Shown piece by piece: positions 23,165 through 34,918 of a stretch of 64,000 bases of DNA (the stretch's first letter is position 1; each line of letters starts with the position of its first letter). Made by a program: the position numbers and the translations under genes. The notes beneath the pieces were generated by a model. That model had not been told where the DNA came from. It worked only from the letters and a program-made list of their open reading frames with translations, and ran no database searches. Source of the stretch: Malacoraja senta. Its lineage: Eukaryota. Location: NCBI GenBank assembly GCA_038087875.1, contig JAXLNO010005773.1:1-64000 (forward strand), given 5' to 3'.

Positions 23165-23440
23165 ATTATCACTACGTTCAAGGACAGTTTGGTTGTGAGG
23201 TGGACGATCACAGTCCCACTGTAGGGATATTGAAGTTGGCTTTTGATGGAAGATATGCATTTAGTTTTGATAAGGACAAACTAAAGTGGACGGTGCATGA
23301 TCCAATAGCTGAGCCCTTCAAAGAGAAATGGGACAAGAATGAAAAAATGAACCGTTATTTCAAGAGCTTGTTAGAACATGACTGTGTGGATCTATGGCTT
23401 ACATACTATGCAATTGGAAAGACATACATGACCAGAAAAG
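23165..23440 (+). CDS. MHC class I-like heavy chain, alpha-2 domain exon (276 bp, phase 1/1)
   Basis: The acceptor is TTTTATTTCAG|23165 and the donor 23440|GTGAGT. It encodes DYHYVQGQFGCEVDD..AFDGR..KWT..KEKWD..LEHDCVDLWLTYYAIGKTYMTRK. Cys spacing is 63, as in C101-C164, and H93, Q96, G100, D119, G120, W133, K146 and W147 equivalents are present. Confidence 0.92.
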
Positions 23441-23779
23441 GTGAGTTCAGAACAAAGGATGTTGTTTTGTGATGGTAGGCAATGAGTAATATTTCACTCT
23501 GAGGCAATGAGTCATATTATCTCTGACCCAATCATGACAGAGGGAAAGGTCATTCGGCCCATTGATTCTATGCTAGTTTTCTATGCAATGTCGACAAACC
23601 GTTCCACTGCTCTCTCTCACAACTTGCACTCAGCTCCCTCGGATTCTCCTTACATTCAGCTCCACGACGGATAATTTGCAATGTCCAACTAACTCACTGG
23701 CACGTCTTTGGTATATGGAACAAAACTGGAGCACATGGAGGAAGCCAACTGAGTCATAAGGTCATAAGTGATGGGTGCA

Positions 23780-24090
23780 GCATTAGAACATTCGGCCCAT
23801 CAAGTGGACTTCGCCCGTCAATCATGGCTGATCTATCTCTCCCTCCTAACCCCATTCTCCTGCCTTCTCCCCATAACCCCTGACGTACATACTAATCAAG
23901 AATTCAAAATATCCATTGACGGACTCCACAGCCTTCTGTGGCAAATAATTCCACAGAATCACCACCCTCTGACAAAATAAATTCCTCCTCATCTCTTTCC
24001 TAAAGGAATGTCCTTTAATATTGAGACTATGACCTCTCGTCGTAGACTCTCCCACCATTGGAGACATCCTCTCCACATCCACATCTATCC
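23780..24090 (-). mobile_element. Degenerate CR1 3' fragment
   Basis: ORF 23846..24082 GESTTRGHSLNIKGHSFRKEMRRNLFCQRVVILWNYLP. Confidence 0.75.
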
Positions 24091-24104
24091 AAGCCTTTCA
24101 CTAT

Positions 24105-25490
24105 TTTTAAAATTTATTTTAAATATTTTTATTAGAAGCATGTGCATATCATAATACAAACATTTCTTATATATCAATCCTACTTTGCTAATAGGTGGGA
24201 GTCCAGCTATCAAAATAATAGTGGTCCTCCTTTATCAATTGTATATTAAATCAGCTTCTATTTAGTTTTGTTTTATAGATAGAAAGTGAGAAATTTAAAA
24301 GCATGATAAAGAAGAATGGAATAATTTACCAATAATACAACTTTGGAGATAGGTCCGTAGGTTATAAAGCATAACTATTCATCTAATCCTGAGCTTGGAT
24401 TTCAGTCAGATTCCCGTGCTGAACCAATTTACCCTTTCAAAAAATCAATACATGGAGACCATATTCCATTAAATAATTCATGTTTGTCAATTAAGACAAG
24501 TCTAGTTCTTTCCAAATGTAAGGTCTCTGACATTTCCATAATCCACATTTTAATTGTGGGGTTTATAGGACCTTTCCAAAATTTTAATATTAATTTTTTC
24601 CCAATTATTATACTATAATCAAGAAAGCTTCTTTGGTTTATTGTAAGTCTTAGGCTTTGTTCTGATATTCCTAATATTATTAGTTTTGAGTCGGGATCCA
24701 ATTGGGTATTGACTACTTCAGAAATTATTCTGAAAATGTCCTTCCAGAAATTTTTGATTTTTATACAATTTACAAAGGTTAGCCTCTAAATGCTGGCATT
24801 TATCACAAATAGGAGAGATATGTGGGAAGATTCTATTTAATTTTGTTTAAGAATAATGTAATCTATGTAATACTTTAAATTGTATTAAGGCATGTCTGGC
24901 ATTTAACGAGCATTGATGTATATATTGTAGACTTTCGTCCCAAATATCTTTCGTTAAGGGTTGGCCTAATTCATTTTCCCATGTGTGTCTATATAAATCC
25001 GTTGGCAGGACCTCACTATCTAAGAGGGTATTATAAATATGAGATATTAATTTTTCTGTATTAGGATGTTTATTCAAACATTCATCAACGATTTCTGGTT
25101 CCCTAGTTCTGTAATCTTGTGTATTTGATTTAATGTAATCTCTAAGTTGTAAATATCTGAAAAAGTTATTTGAGTGTAGTCCGTAAATCTGTTGTAACTC
25201 CTGAAATGAAAGAAAAGTGCCTTTCCTATAAAGATGACCCTTCTTTTTAATTCCATAATTTTTCCATTGTGTAAAGCCTTTATCCAACATGGAAGGTTTG
25301 AATAAAGGGTTGTTTATAATGGGGAGACAGAGTGATAAATTATCCAATTTTAAAGTCTTTTTTAATTGTTTCCAAATTCGTATACCACTATATATTATAT
25401 GATTTTCACTATAGGTTTTTTAATGCAATTTTGTGGGAGCAAACATAATCGAACCAATTTCAAAAGCAAACAGTCTTTCACTATTTTGTA
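24105..25490 (-). mobile_element. L1-clade LINE 3' fragment (ORF2 C-terminal part), carrying the duplication start point at 24913
   Basis: NLSLCLPIINNPLFKPSMLDKG..FFRYLQLRD..ALIQFKVLHRLHYS is homologous to the L1 ORF2 at 58800-59400. Only the 24913-25490 part recurs, at 36253-36830. Confidence 0.88.
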
Positions 25491-26040
25491 TGATTCAATG
25501 AGGTCCCCCCTTATGCTTCTAAACTCCAGCAAGTACAGGCCCACTGACATCAAATGGTCATCATATGTTAACCCATTCATTCCTGGGATCATTCTTGTAC
25601 TCCTCTGGACCCTCTCCAGAGCCAGCACATCCTTCCTCAGATATGGTGCCCAAAATTGCTCACAATGCTCCAAATGTGGCTTGACTGGTGCCTTATAGAA
25701 CCTCAGCATTACATCCCTGTTTGACAGGGAGAAAATGCAATTGATGTCTTTCATATTAGTTAACCATGGATTTTCTTGACCACAGTTGACAGCCCCTAAT
25801 GGGATTGCATGTCTATCACACATCTCAAAAGAGCACAGCGTTAAGCTTCGAAGGGCAAAATTTACACGAGATGTGCAGGTCAAGTGTTTTTTTGCACAGA
25901 GAGAGCTTGATACCTAGAATGCGCTACCAGGAGTGGTGGTAGAGGAGGAAATGATAATGGTGCTTAAGAAAGTTTTGGACAGGCTCGTGGGTATGCAGGG
26001 AATACAAGAATATGGATCACATGCAGGCAGTGGAGATTAG
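25490..26040. mobile_element. Degenerate CR1 fragments in both orientations (duplicated at ~36830-37380)
   Basis: Minus strand gives VKPHLEHCEQFWAPYLRKD..GDLIESYKI; the plus strand carries a CR1 3'-end-like stretch at ~25830-26040. Confidence 0.7.
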
Positions 26041-26330
26041 TTTTGGTTTAGTTTAGAGAAACAGGAACCTTGGGCCACTGAGTCCACACTGACCAGCAAT
26101 TGCCCATTCACTATTTCTGTCCTACAAGCTAGGGACAATTTACAGAAGCCAATTAACCTGCATGTCTTTTGTATTTGGGAGGAAACCGGAGCCCCCAGAG
26201 AAAACCCACAGGGTGACAGAGAGAACGTACAAACTCCGTCCAGACAGCATTCTAGTCAGGATCAAACCCGGGTCTCTAATGCTGTAAGACAGCCACTCTA
26301 TCACTGTGCCTCTGTGTTGCCTTAGTTTAA
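26040..26330 (-). repeat. HE1/V-SINE-like SINE (copy at 37380-37670). Further members at ~23490-23760(-), 28645-28870(-), 29215-29340(+), 30295-30580(-), 35155-35485(-), their duplicates, and 46905-47200(-), 47340-47600(+), 48080-48310(+), 63812-64000(+)
   Basis: Shared core (reverse complement) GGAGTTTGTACGTTCTC...GGTTTCCTCCC..., TGTAAATTGTCCCTAG and a CTAAA-repeat tail. Boundaries are approximate. Confidence 0.75.
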
Positions 26331-28184
26331 CTTGGTATCCTGTTCCACATGGACATTGCAGGCTGAAAGTCCTGTTCTTGTACTGTTCTATGTTCTATAT
26401 ATTCTCATTGGACAGGGCAGGGATATGTTTTCCACTCCTCCAGCCTCCATGTTGAATACTTCATCCCAGTTTAAATCTGATTCAATTAGTCAATCCATTT
26501 CTCCCTCCGCTCCTGCCCTGCTCCCCATTCTATATTTTGAAGTAGTCATTCCCTTTTTCGCTCCCTGGTCTGTCTACTATCCCCACAACTTTCCTCTGCT
26601 TTCCTGTCTTGGTGCAAGCAACATCCATCCATTTACCACTTTCCATAGACCCAGGCAGTTCTTCAAAGTGAAACAGCGTGAAACACAAGCACTTCCAGTC
26701 AAATCTACTGCATTTAGTTTTCATTACGTAATCTTCCACAACGCATCAATGAAACAAATAGAATGGCTGCTTTCTGGAGAACCCGCATTCAATCCATGGG
26801 ACTTTCTAAGATTCCTAATTCCTGCCACTCTAATTCTCCATTCAACACCCACCATGATCCATCCATCTGTACCTCTTACACTAGGATAACAAGGGTGAAA
26901 GTAGCCTTGAGGACCAACAACTCAGCTTCTGTCTGGACATGTTGCAGCCTTTCAAACTCAATTCCACATTCAACGAGTTGCATTCCCTGTCGATAAAAGA
27001 ACTGGTCATTTCAACTGTTAAGTTGAAGACAGAAAGACAAGATGCAAGAAGTATGAAGCAGGATCCCAAGCTGAAACATTACGTAACCATGTCTTCCAGA
27101 TGCTGCCTGAACCACTGAGTTACACCTGCACGTTTTTGTGTTTTTTTTAATTACAGTTAAGTTATCCACCTGCCAAATCAGGACAGCCTGACCTACTTGA
27201 GTACTGCAGTATGTCTGCATTTTATATAACTCTGTTTAATTTCATGCATGCAGAGATGCAGTGAAATGGTTCGGATGGAACAGCAGATGCTGGACACCCC
27301 GTCCCTTCTCTCCAGAGATGCTGCCTGTCCCGCTGAGTTACTCCAGCTTTTTGTGTCTATCTGCAGTGAAATGGTTGTTCTGCATTCTCTCCAGTCAAGT
27401 CATACTGTACATAAGTACAATTCGTCCTCTTCTGGAAAAGCACGCAGAGATCCACCACATTTCAGGACTATCTTGCAGCTTCCAAGTCTCTGAAAAGTCT
27501 GATTTTGCCCCAAGGAAATACCCAATTTCTCATATTCTCATGTTAAGGCCCAGTGTCATAACAGCACTGGATTGATGAAGTAGAGGCGCCTGCCTCAGTT
27601 TAAGATTTTCTGTTTCAAGATGTGATCGAACCCTCGTCACTGGAATTGTGTCGCAGTGCCACCCATTACGTATCAGTCCCAATTATCTTTCAACATGCTG
27701 GAATCACTTGTTTTTTAATCCTTTTAGACTTTTTTTATGAATTGTTCAGCATAAACAGTTATGCTACAACAGTTAAGCCCAGCTACCACTTAGTTCCAGA
27801 GCCGGAACAACACAAGAGATAGTGTTGCAGGGCTCTCGCTTAACTTTTTTCCCCTGTTGCCAGCCGGGCAACCTCGGCAGCTTTTTAGGTTGCCAAATGA
27901 CAGCTTAGGTGGTCATTTAAGATGGCTTGCATGACGCGTGCGATAATGTGCTCGGATGAAGTGCGTAGATACCAGTCAGAATTATGGTCAATGAAACATT
28001 CACATATTATTTCTGCTTCAAATAAAGTCACAAACTAAACATATTCACCAATGAAGACATGATATATACCACAATGACATGCATCAAAATTACAATACAG
28101 TATCTCATCTATGTTTACACGTTGCAATGAATGCAATTTATATTATCTCTTTCCACTTCCAAACAAAAATATGGTTATTCAGCG

Positions 28185-28632
28185 TATGATCAACCTCGGT
28201 GAGACCAAGCGCAGGCATGGCGATCGCTTCGCACAACACCTCCACTCAGTTCGCAATAACCAACTTGATCTCCTGGTGGCTCAGCACTTCAACTCCCCCT
28301 CTGATTCCGAATCCGACCTTTCTGTTCTGGGCCTCCTCCATGGCCAGAGTGAGGCCCACCGCAAATTGGAGGAACAGCACCTCATATTTTGCTTGGGTAG
28401 TTTACACCCCAGCGGTATGAACATTGGCTTCTCCAATTTCAGATAGTCCTTGCTTTCTCCCTCCCCCTGCCTCCCATTCTCAGCTCTCCCACACCCTACT
28501 GTCTCTGCCTCTTCCTTTCTTTTTCGCCCCCCACCCCTCCCGACATCAGTCTGAAGAAGGGTCTCGACCCGAAACGTCACCTTTTTCCTTTGCTCCATAG
28601 ATGCTGCCTCACCTGCTGAGTTTTTCCAGCAT
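28185..28632 (+). mobile_element. Penelope-like element 3' fragment (GIY-YIG C-terminus and terminal repeat); duplicate at 39526-39973
   Basis: GETKRRHGDRFAQHL..LVAQHFNSPS..EEQHLIFCLGSLHPSGMNI, then CTGAAGAAGGGTCTCGACCCGAAACGTCACC. Confidence 0.88.
28551..28580 (+). ncRNA. Candidate minimal hammerhead-ribozyme core in a Penelope terminal repeat (duplicate 39892-39921)
   Basis: CUGAAGA-A-GGGU(CUCG)ACCC-GAAAC-GUC: both conserved core boxes, a stem II and a palindromic ACGU stem III. Only about 2 bp of stem I are evident. Confidence 0.45.
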
Positions 28633-31334
28633 TTGTGTCTACCCATTCACACAAGTTCTGTTATCCCACTTTCCTCACCCACTCCTGCACATTAGGGGCA
28701 ATTTTACAGAGACAAGTTAACCTACAAAGCCAATGCGTCTTTGGGATGTGGGAGGGAACCCACATGATTGCAGGGAGAATGTGCAAATTCAACACAGACA
28801 GTGCCCGAGAACAGGATCGAACACAGGTCTCTGGCGTGTGAGGCAGCAAATCCACCAGCTGTGCCATTATATTTTATTTTCCAACACACAAAAAATTATA
28901 CGTTGATAACTTTGGTTACTAAAAAAAAGAAACTATCCATTTTCAGTCTTAAATCTCTAAGTGACGCTATGTCCCACTTTACAGCTACTGTATGCTTAAA
29001 TCAGTTCAAGGATATTGGGGCAGTACATTGCCCATAAATTGGCTGCCTAATATTGCCAGAGACCCAGAATTGATCCTGAATATGGGTGCTGTCTGTGTGG
29101 AGTTTTGTTTTCTCGTTTATAACATTGTTTACAGAGTACTATGTTTACATATTCTGTTGTGCTGCTGCAAGTGAGGATTTCATTGTTCTAACTGGGACGT
29201 GAGAGAATAAAACAGTCTTGACTTACGTTGCTGATGTGTGGGATAGAACTAGAGTACGGGTGATCGGTGGTCGGCGTGGACTCAGTGGGCCGAAGGGCCT
29301 GCTTCCACACTGTATCTTTAAATTAAACTAAAAACACTAAAACCAGAGGAAATGTAAAGAAGGGTTTCTACCAGAAATGTCACCCAATTTTTTCTATCCA
29401 GAGATGCTGGCTGCTCCATGGAGTTCCCCCGCACAATTAAAGCATGGAATAGTTGTCACCCTACTATAGGTACCCAACCAGACGCAACTAAATTTAAGGT
29501 CGTTTTTTTCCCCCAAGAACCCTTTTTTGCTTAAGTCCAAGTCAAGAGTCAAGAGAGTTTTATTGTCATGTGTCCCAGATAGGACAATGAAATTCTTGCT
29601 TGCTGCAGCACAACAGAATATGTAAACATAATACAGAACAGGAGATAAAAGTTCAGTGTGTCTCTATACTATAGACCATATATATACACAATAAATAAAC
29701 GGATAAAATGCAATAGGCTGTTATTTTTCAGTTTGGAGTTTGGTGGTGGTGGGTCCACCAGTTTAAATTCCATTTCGAATATTTTTGGAGGACCTGGAAA
29801 CCAAGAAGCAAGACTTACTCCAGCTGAGGCAGCGACCGGACAGCAATGGCGGCCAGAACTCCCACAATGCAAAGGGAGGGAGAAAGTGGCCGACGCCGAC
29901 CAGTTCCCGTGGCAGTGCGCATGTGCAGGGCTCGGCGGCCGGCCTTGCTGAGCGGAGACCCGAGACCTGGACACGGATGGCGGGCGGGCGGGTGTCCCGG
30001 TTGCTTGCCAAGCCGGGCAAAATGGCATGGCTTTTAGGTTGCCATTGGCACCGGGCAACAGCTAATTTCGAGCCCTGTGTTGGAAAAATGATCAAACTCA
30101 CACATAGTGGTTAAAATCCATAGTCTTTTATTAGTAACTCTGCAGAGGAAACACAAGGTGCTTTCTTCTCAGCATGCTTACTACCAGTCTACCCGAGAGA
30201 GAGAGAGAGCTGTCTAACAAGCCTGTGGGCGGAGCCACAGTATGAGTGACACTAATCTACAGATAGGCACAGGGATAAGTTTCGGTTTATTATTGTCACG
30301 TTTAGTTTCGAGGTAAAGCATGGAAATAGGCCTTTTGGCCCACTGAACCTGTGCTGACTAACGACCACCCAAATATTAGTTCTATCCTACACACTAGGGA
30401 CAATTTACAGAAGCCAAAAAACTTACAAACCTGCACTTCTTTGAATGTGACGGAACTGTAACACCCGGAGATAACTCACATGGTCACAGGGAGAATATAT
30501 GAACTCTATATAGACAGCACCCATTGTCAGGATTGAACTTTGGTCTGTGGTACTGTAAGGCAGCAACTTTCCAGGTACAGTTCCATGATATCCAATTGGA
30601 TGAGATAACGACATACATATATATGATCAAGTCAACTCAAGTACTGTAGGTAGAGCAAAGGGGAAGGTACAGACTGTGGCATATAGTTCTCAGCAATGTA
30701 GCACACCAGTTCCATTAGATATGAGTTTCGACTCAAAACGTAACACATTCCTTCTCTCCAGAGATGCTGCCTGACCCGTTGAGTTACTCTAGTATTTTGT
30801 GTCTATCTGCGGTTTAAACCAGCATCTACAGTTCCTTCCTGCATAGTTCCATAAACAAAGTCCACTGTCTGTAATGGGGTAGTGGTCAATTGGACAGAAC
30901 CCTAGCTTATGGAACGATCATTCAGAAGCCTGATTTTCTCCTCGGTTATCAAGTTTCCGAGTAAGCCATTTGGTCCTCTAACCTGCCCACCATTCAATAT
31001 GACCATGGCTGACGTTCCTCAGGCATCAACTCCTGATCGGTGCCAGTTCCTCATTGCACTCAATTCTCCAATCTTTCAAAAGTTTAACTACCGCCACATT
31101 AAATACTTCCAATGATTTTGTCTTCACAAATCTCTGGGGTCAAGAGCGCCAGAGAATGACCACACTCTGCAAAAAGAGATTTTGTAAACAAATGACTGGT
31201 CTCTTTTATCTCTTATTGAAGAGGAGAGAAAATACTGCCAATTTTAAGCTTGTCCCCTCCCCAATTGACCCTCATTTCATAACATGTCAATTATTTATTA
31301 TTGTCAATAATATGCCATAGTGAAAAGATTTGCC

Positions 31335-31680
31335 GTTGGTATTAGTTTATTGTTGTCACGTGAACTGAGATATAGTCAAAAGTGTGTCTGTGTTATCCAA
31401 TCAGATCATACTACACATGTGCAATCAAGCCATCCACAAGTAGAACAGTGCCAAGAAAAAAATACTCAGAGTGCAGAATATCGGGTTACAATATCATAGC
31501 ATTACAGTTACAGAGAAAGTGCAGATCAAAAAGAGTTGCAAGGATCACAATGAGATTGGTTGGAAGATCAGGGCAACATCTTATCTTACATGAGAATCAT
31601 CCAGTAGTCCAATAACAGCGGGGAAGAAGCTGTTCCTGAATTTAATGGTACGTGCTTTCAAACTTTCTTGTGTACTGTCT
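31335..31680 (-). mobile_element. Rex1/Babar-like LINE 3' remnant (duplicate ~42675-43020)
   Basis: The reverse complement reads ..KARTIKFRNSFFPAVI, a typical Rex1 C-terminus. Confidence 0.6.
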
Positions 31681-31857
31681 TAACAGGGAGCGTACAATCC
31701 CTTTTAAACCACGTGGTTGGTTGATGGTGACGAAAGAGGCAAAATGGGGCAGATGTAGACAGTAACTTGGTGGTTGTAGTAGACTGAAGAATATTTTGTG
31801 TTGGGTGACTGTGCAAGTTTTACTGAAGATGAAAATAACCATCTTACTGTCTTGTAG

Positions 31858-32124
31858 TTTCCCCTGAGGTCACTCTCGCTGCCCGCCCTGATGATCATTC
31901 AGTCCTGTACTGCACTGTGTTTGGATTTTACCAACCGGCCATCAATGTCAGCTGGTTGCAGAATGGTCAACATGTCTCTGAGACCAAATCTTCTGGGGTC
32001 ACACCCAACAACGATGGAACATATCATCTAAAGTCTGTCCTTCAGTATGATCCGTATGATGGGAAACAGTATTCCTGTCATGTCGATCACAGGAGCCTGC
32101 CCGGTGGGAAGACCATCATCTGGG
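31858..32124 (+). CDS. MHC class I-like alpha-3 (Ig C1) exon, copy 1 (267 bp, phase 1/1)
   Basis: The acceptor is TCTTACTGTCTTGTAG| and the donor |GTAAGA. It encodes VSPEVTLAARPDDHSVLYCTVFGFYQPAINVSWLQNG..GVTPNNDGTYHLKSVLQYDPYDGKQYSCHVDHRSLPGGKTIIW and joins in frame to the alpha-2 exon (G+TT = Val). Confidence 0.93.
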
Positions 32125-32469
32125 GTAAGAACGTTAAATATTCTTTCATAGATAATCATTATCTTCTGTTGTATCCATTTTAACCATTGTGACTACATCC
32201 CATATTCCAAGATGCTTAAACTTTCTTTGTTTAGTGGTGTTGCTCTAAGCAATCACATAATCAGCACCCACTCTCCACATGAGCAGAAGACTTTGTCAAC
32301 AGAACATTTATCAAAAATAAATAAATAACTAATATACAAGGAAGGAGTATTTGAGATTCTCAGTGGTGGAACTGAAATCCATGAAAGGTATGCTTAAATA
32401 ATAAATGAATCTTTCCTCATGATGTGATTAACAGCAAGGCACTGGGGGAGTACATGCCCCAATGCGAAT

Positions 32470-33150
32470 CAGTGGTCCAAAGTGGAAATGATTGAGAGCT
32501 TTGTGTTCCTTGGCATGAATATATCCAATATTCGGTCATGGACTGGCCACATAGCCAAGGGGGCACACCGACACCTCTACTTCCTCAGGAGACTGAGAAT
32601 ATTCATCATGTCTCTGGTGACTCCAGCAAACATCTATAGATGCTGCTAGAGACAGCATGTTGTTGGGTTGCATCACATCTTGATTTGGGAACTGCACTGC
32701 CCAAGACTGCAAGAATATACAAAGAGTTAAAGATCATCACACAGGCCAGACTTCCCACTATTGATGGTTGCCTTGGAAACCGAGACGTATCCCACCCCGG
32801 TCATTCCTCCTTCCTGCTCCCATCAGGCAATAGGTACAGAAAATTGAAAATATGCACTGCCAGACTCAGGAACACCCCCTTTCCATCTCTTATCAGGCTT
32901 CAGAAGGGTCCTTCCATAATGTAGGTTTAATGCCCGATTCACCTCAACCTCATTGCACATTGAACATTGTCTATGGAACTGATGCGTTACAATGCTGAGA
33001 ACTATATTCTGTACTCTGTATCCTCCTCTTTGCTCTATCTATTGTTTTTTAGTTTTTTATTTATCTATAGTATTATCTAATTTGTTTGGATAGCATACAA
33101 AACAAACCTTTGCACTATCTTGAAACATCTGGCATTAATAAAACTAAACC
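32470..33150 (+). mobile_element. Rex1/Babar-like LINE 3' fragment (duplicate ~43810-44490)
   Basis: VEMIESFVFLGMNIS..AHRHLYFLRRLRIF..GCITS.FGNC and ARLRNTPFPSLIRL motifs. Confidence 0.7.
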
Positions 33151-33616
33151 TAATGAAGTAAGTTCTGTGACGCAAGTTACAGCTTCAGCAACAAAAAAAT
33201 ATAACTGCCTGACAAACAGCGATCGTAGTAGTTTGATTCCAGGTATGCTGCACTAACCCACACAAATGTTCACTTTTGAAGATTCCCTCGAACAATGCAC
33301 AAATAAGGAATCTGATGTTTCACTCTGAAGACTGTTGACATACTCCAGAACTTAATTTTCAACCTATCTATGTATCATCAGCAATCTAGGCTACAGCACC
33401 ACCAGGCCCTTCATCTGCTCTTAATACCAACGATAAGTAGTTCACTTTCTTGCAATGATTCCCATCCTGCAGTTGCAGTTTCCCAACTTAAACACTCCTT
33501 TAAGACTCTGCTTGCTCTTAATTGTTTTTCCATTCATGCTAATTATTACCCCCAATGTCATAAGCCATTTGCCTTTGCATCACTTGATCAGATAACTTAT
33601 GAAAATCCAGATATTC

Positions 33617-33686
33617 TGGCGACATCTGGTGGTCAGGCCACTTATTGCTAGAACCCTCGTCACGGGAGCTGGGACTATCACGTGAC
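33617..33686. promoter_or_regulatory. Candidate CTCF site (33617-33635, minus strand) and ATCACGTGAC E-box (33677-33686); duplicate at 44957-45026
   Basis: The reverse complement TGACCACCAGATGTCGCCA is close to the CTCF consensus TGGCCACCAGGGGGCGCTA. This is a motif match only. Confidence 0.35.
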
Positions 33687-34810
33687 AGGGTTTTGGTGGG
33701 AGTTGGTGATGAGTTAATCGCCAGTCAACTGGTGTGCCCGATAACAACGGCAGGAACTTTGCTCAAGTCCTTACTAAACGCGAGTGGGCCAAAACTGTAT
33801 TTCTTAAAAAAACATTGATTTGTTCACGACGCTTGGATCTCTACAATATATTGTATTTCTTTTGTTTCTCATTCCAATTTTGTTACCTATTCTGCTTTTC
33901 CATCATTTTGTTTTTAAATTTTAGGCTGTGCACACCTGCAAACTACTGCTGCTCAAATATACATTGTCTACGGGTTCCTGTTGCATTTTCAAAGAATTCT
34001 AATCAATTTCTCAAACAAAGTTTGAAGAAGGGTCCGTAAACGAAATGTCACCTGTCCATGTGTAGGGAGAAATTGCAAATGCTGGTATACACCGAAGATG
34101 GACACAAATTGCTGGAATAACTCAGCTGGTCAGGCAGCATTTCTGGAGAAAAGGAATAGGTGATGTTTCGGGTCACGATCCTTCTGACTGAGTCCATGTT
34201 CGCCAGAGATGTTGCCAGTTACTCCAGCATTTTGTGTCTATCATGTATATTCTTTCCACTGACTGGTTAGCATGAAACAAAAGCTTTTCACTGCACCTCA
34301 GTACTCGTGACAATAAACGAAACTAAAGCTTTTGTATAAATCAGTATCTGCATCTCTTTCTTTCTACAATTTTCCTGTTAATGCACTTTATTGTTTTGTT
34401 ATTACTTAAATGTTCTGCCATTACTGAAAGGAATCCAACATTTTCCCCAAAACAGATGATAGTTTATATAGGGTTAAAGCTTTCTGCTTTCAATTCACCT
34501 TCTTTCTTGAATTAAGTTGTGGCTGTGATGGTGCCATAGATCATAGAGTTGTACAGAACATATATTGTCCCTTTGCCATGTTGCAGAATTCCATGATTCA
34601 AAACAACATATTTATATATGTTGAAAAGTGCCAAAGATAGACACAAAATGCTGGAGTAACTCAGTGGTCAGGTAGCATCTCTTGAGAAAAGAAATAGGAG
34701 GCATTTCGGGTCGAGACCCTTCTTCACCCTGAAGTCTTCAGACAGTGCCAATCTATTTAGCTGCACAGCTTAACAAATGATATGTAAAATTATGCATTCT
34801 TATTTTTCAG

Positions 34811-34918
34811 AAGGAAATGGGAAGAAAGACAGGCACATAGGCCTTATTGCCGTGTGTGTGCTGATATTGCTGGCTATTGTCTTGGCAGTAATTGTTTGGT
34901 GGAGAAAAAAGAGGAGAG
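34811..34918 (+). CDS. MHC class I-like connecting peptide/transmembrane exon, copy 1 (108 bp, phase 1/1)
   Basis: The acceptor is TTCTTATTTTTCAG| and the donor |GTAAGA. It encodes EGNGKKDRHIGLIAVCVLILLAIVLAVIVWWRKKRR, a hydrophobic span followed by a basic stop-transfer cluster. Confidence 0.85.

Larger units (their letters stand above)
27828..30077. mobile_element. Non-autonomous DNA element with CAGGGCTC termini and a 5-bp TSD (TGTTG), with nested Penelope and SINE pieces
   Basis: The left end is TGTTG|CAGGGCTCTCGCTTAAC and the right end TAATTTCGAGCCCTG|TGTTG. Shared subterminal motifs CCGGGCAAC and TTTTAGGTTGCCA lie near both ends. Confidence 0.7.

Noticed and set aside
29658-30114. Cluster of overlapping GC-rich ORFs as a small gene
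   Set aside because: They lie in the terminal region of the CAGGGCTC DNA element, show no recognisable motifs, and overlap in several frames on both strands.
23165-34918. MHC class II beta or W-category beta chain (one groove domain, Ig domain and TM)
   Set aside because: The TM lacks the Gly-rich dimerisation pattern of class II-type chains, and the groove exon has class I alpha-2 length and motifs. It is not fully excluded until alpha-1 is located.
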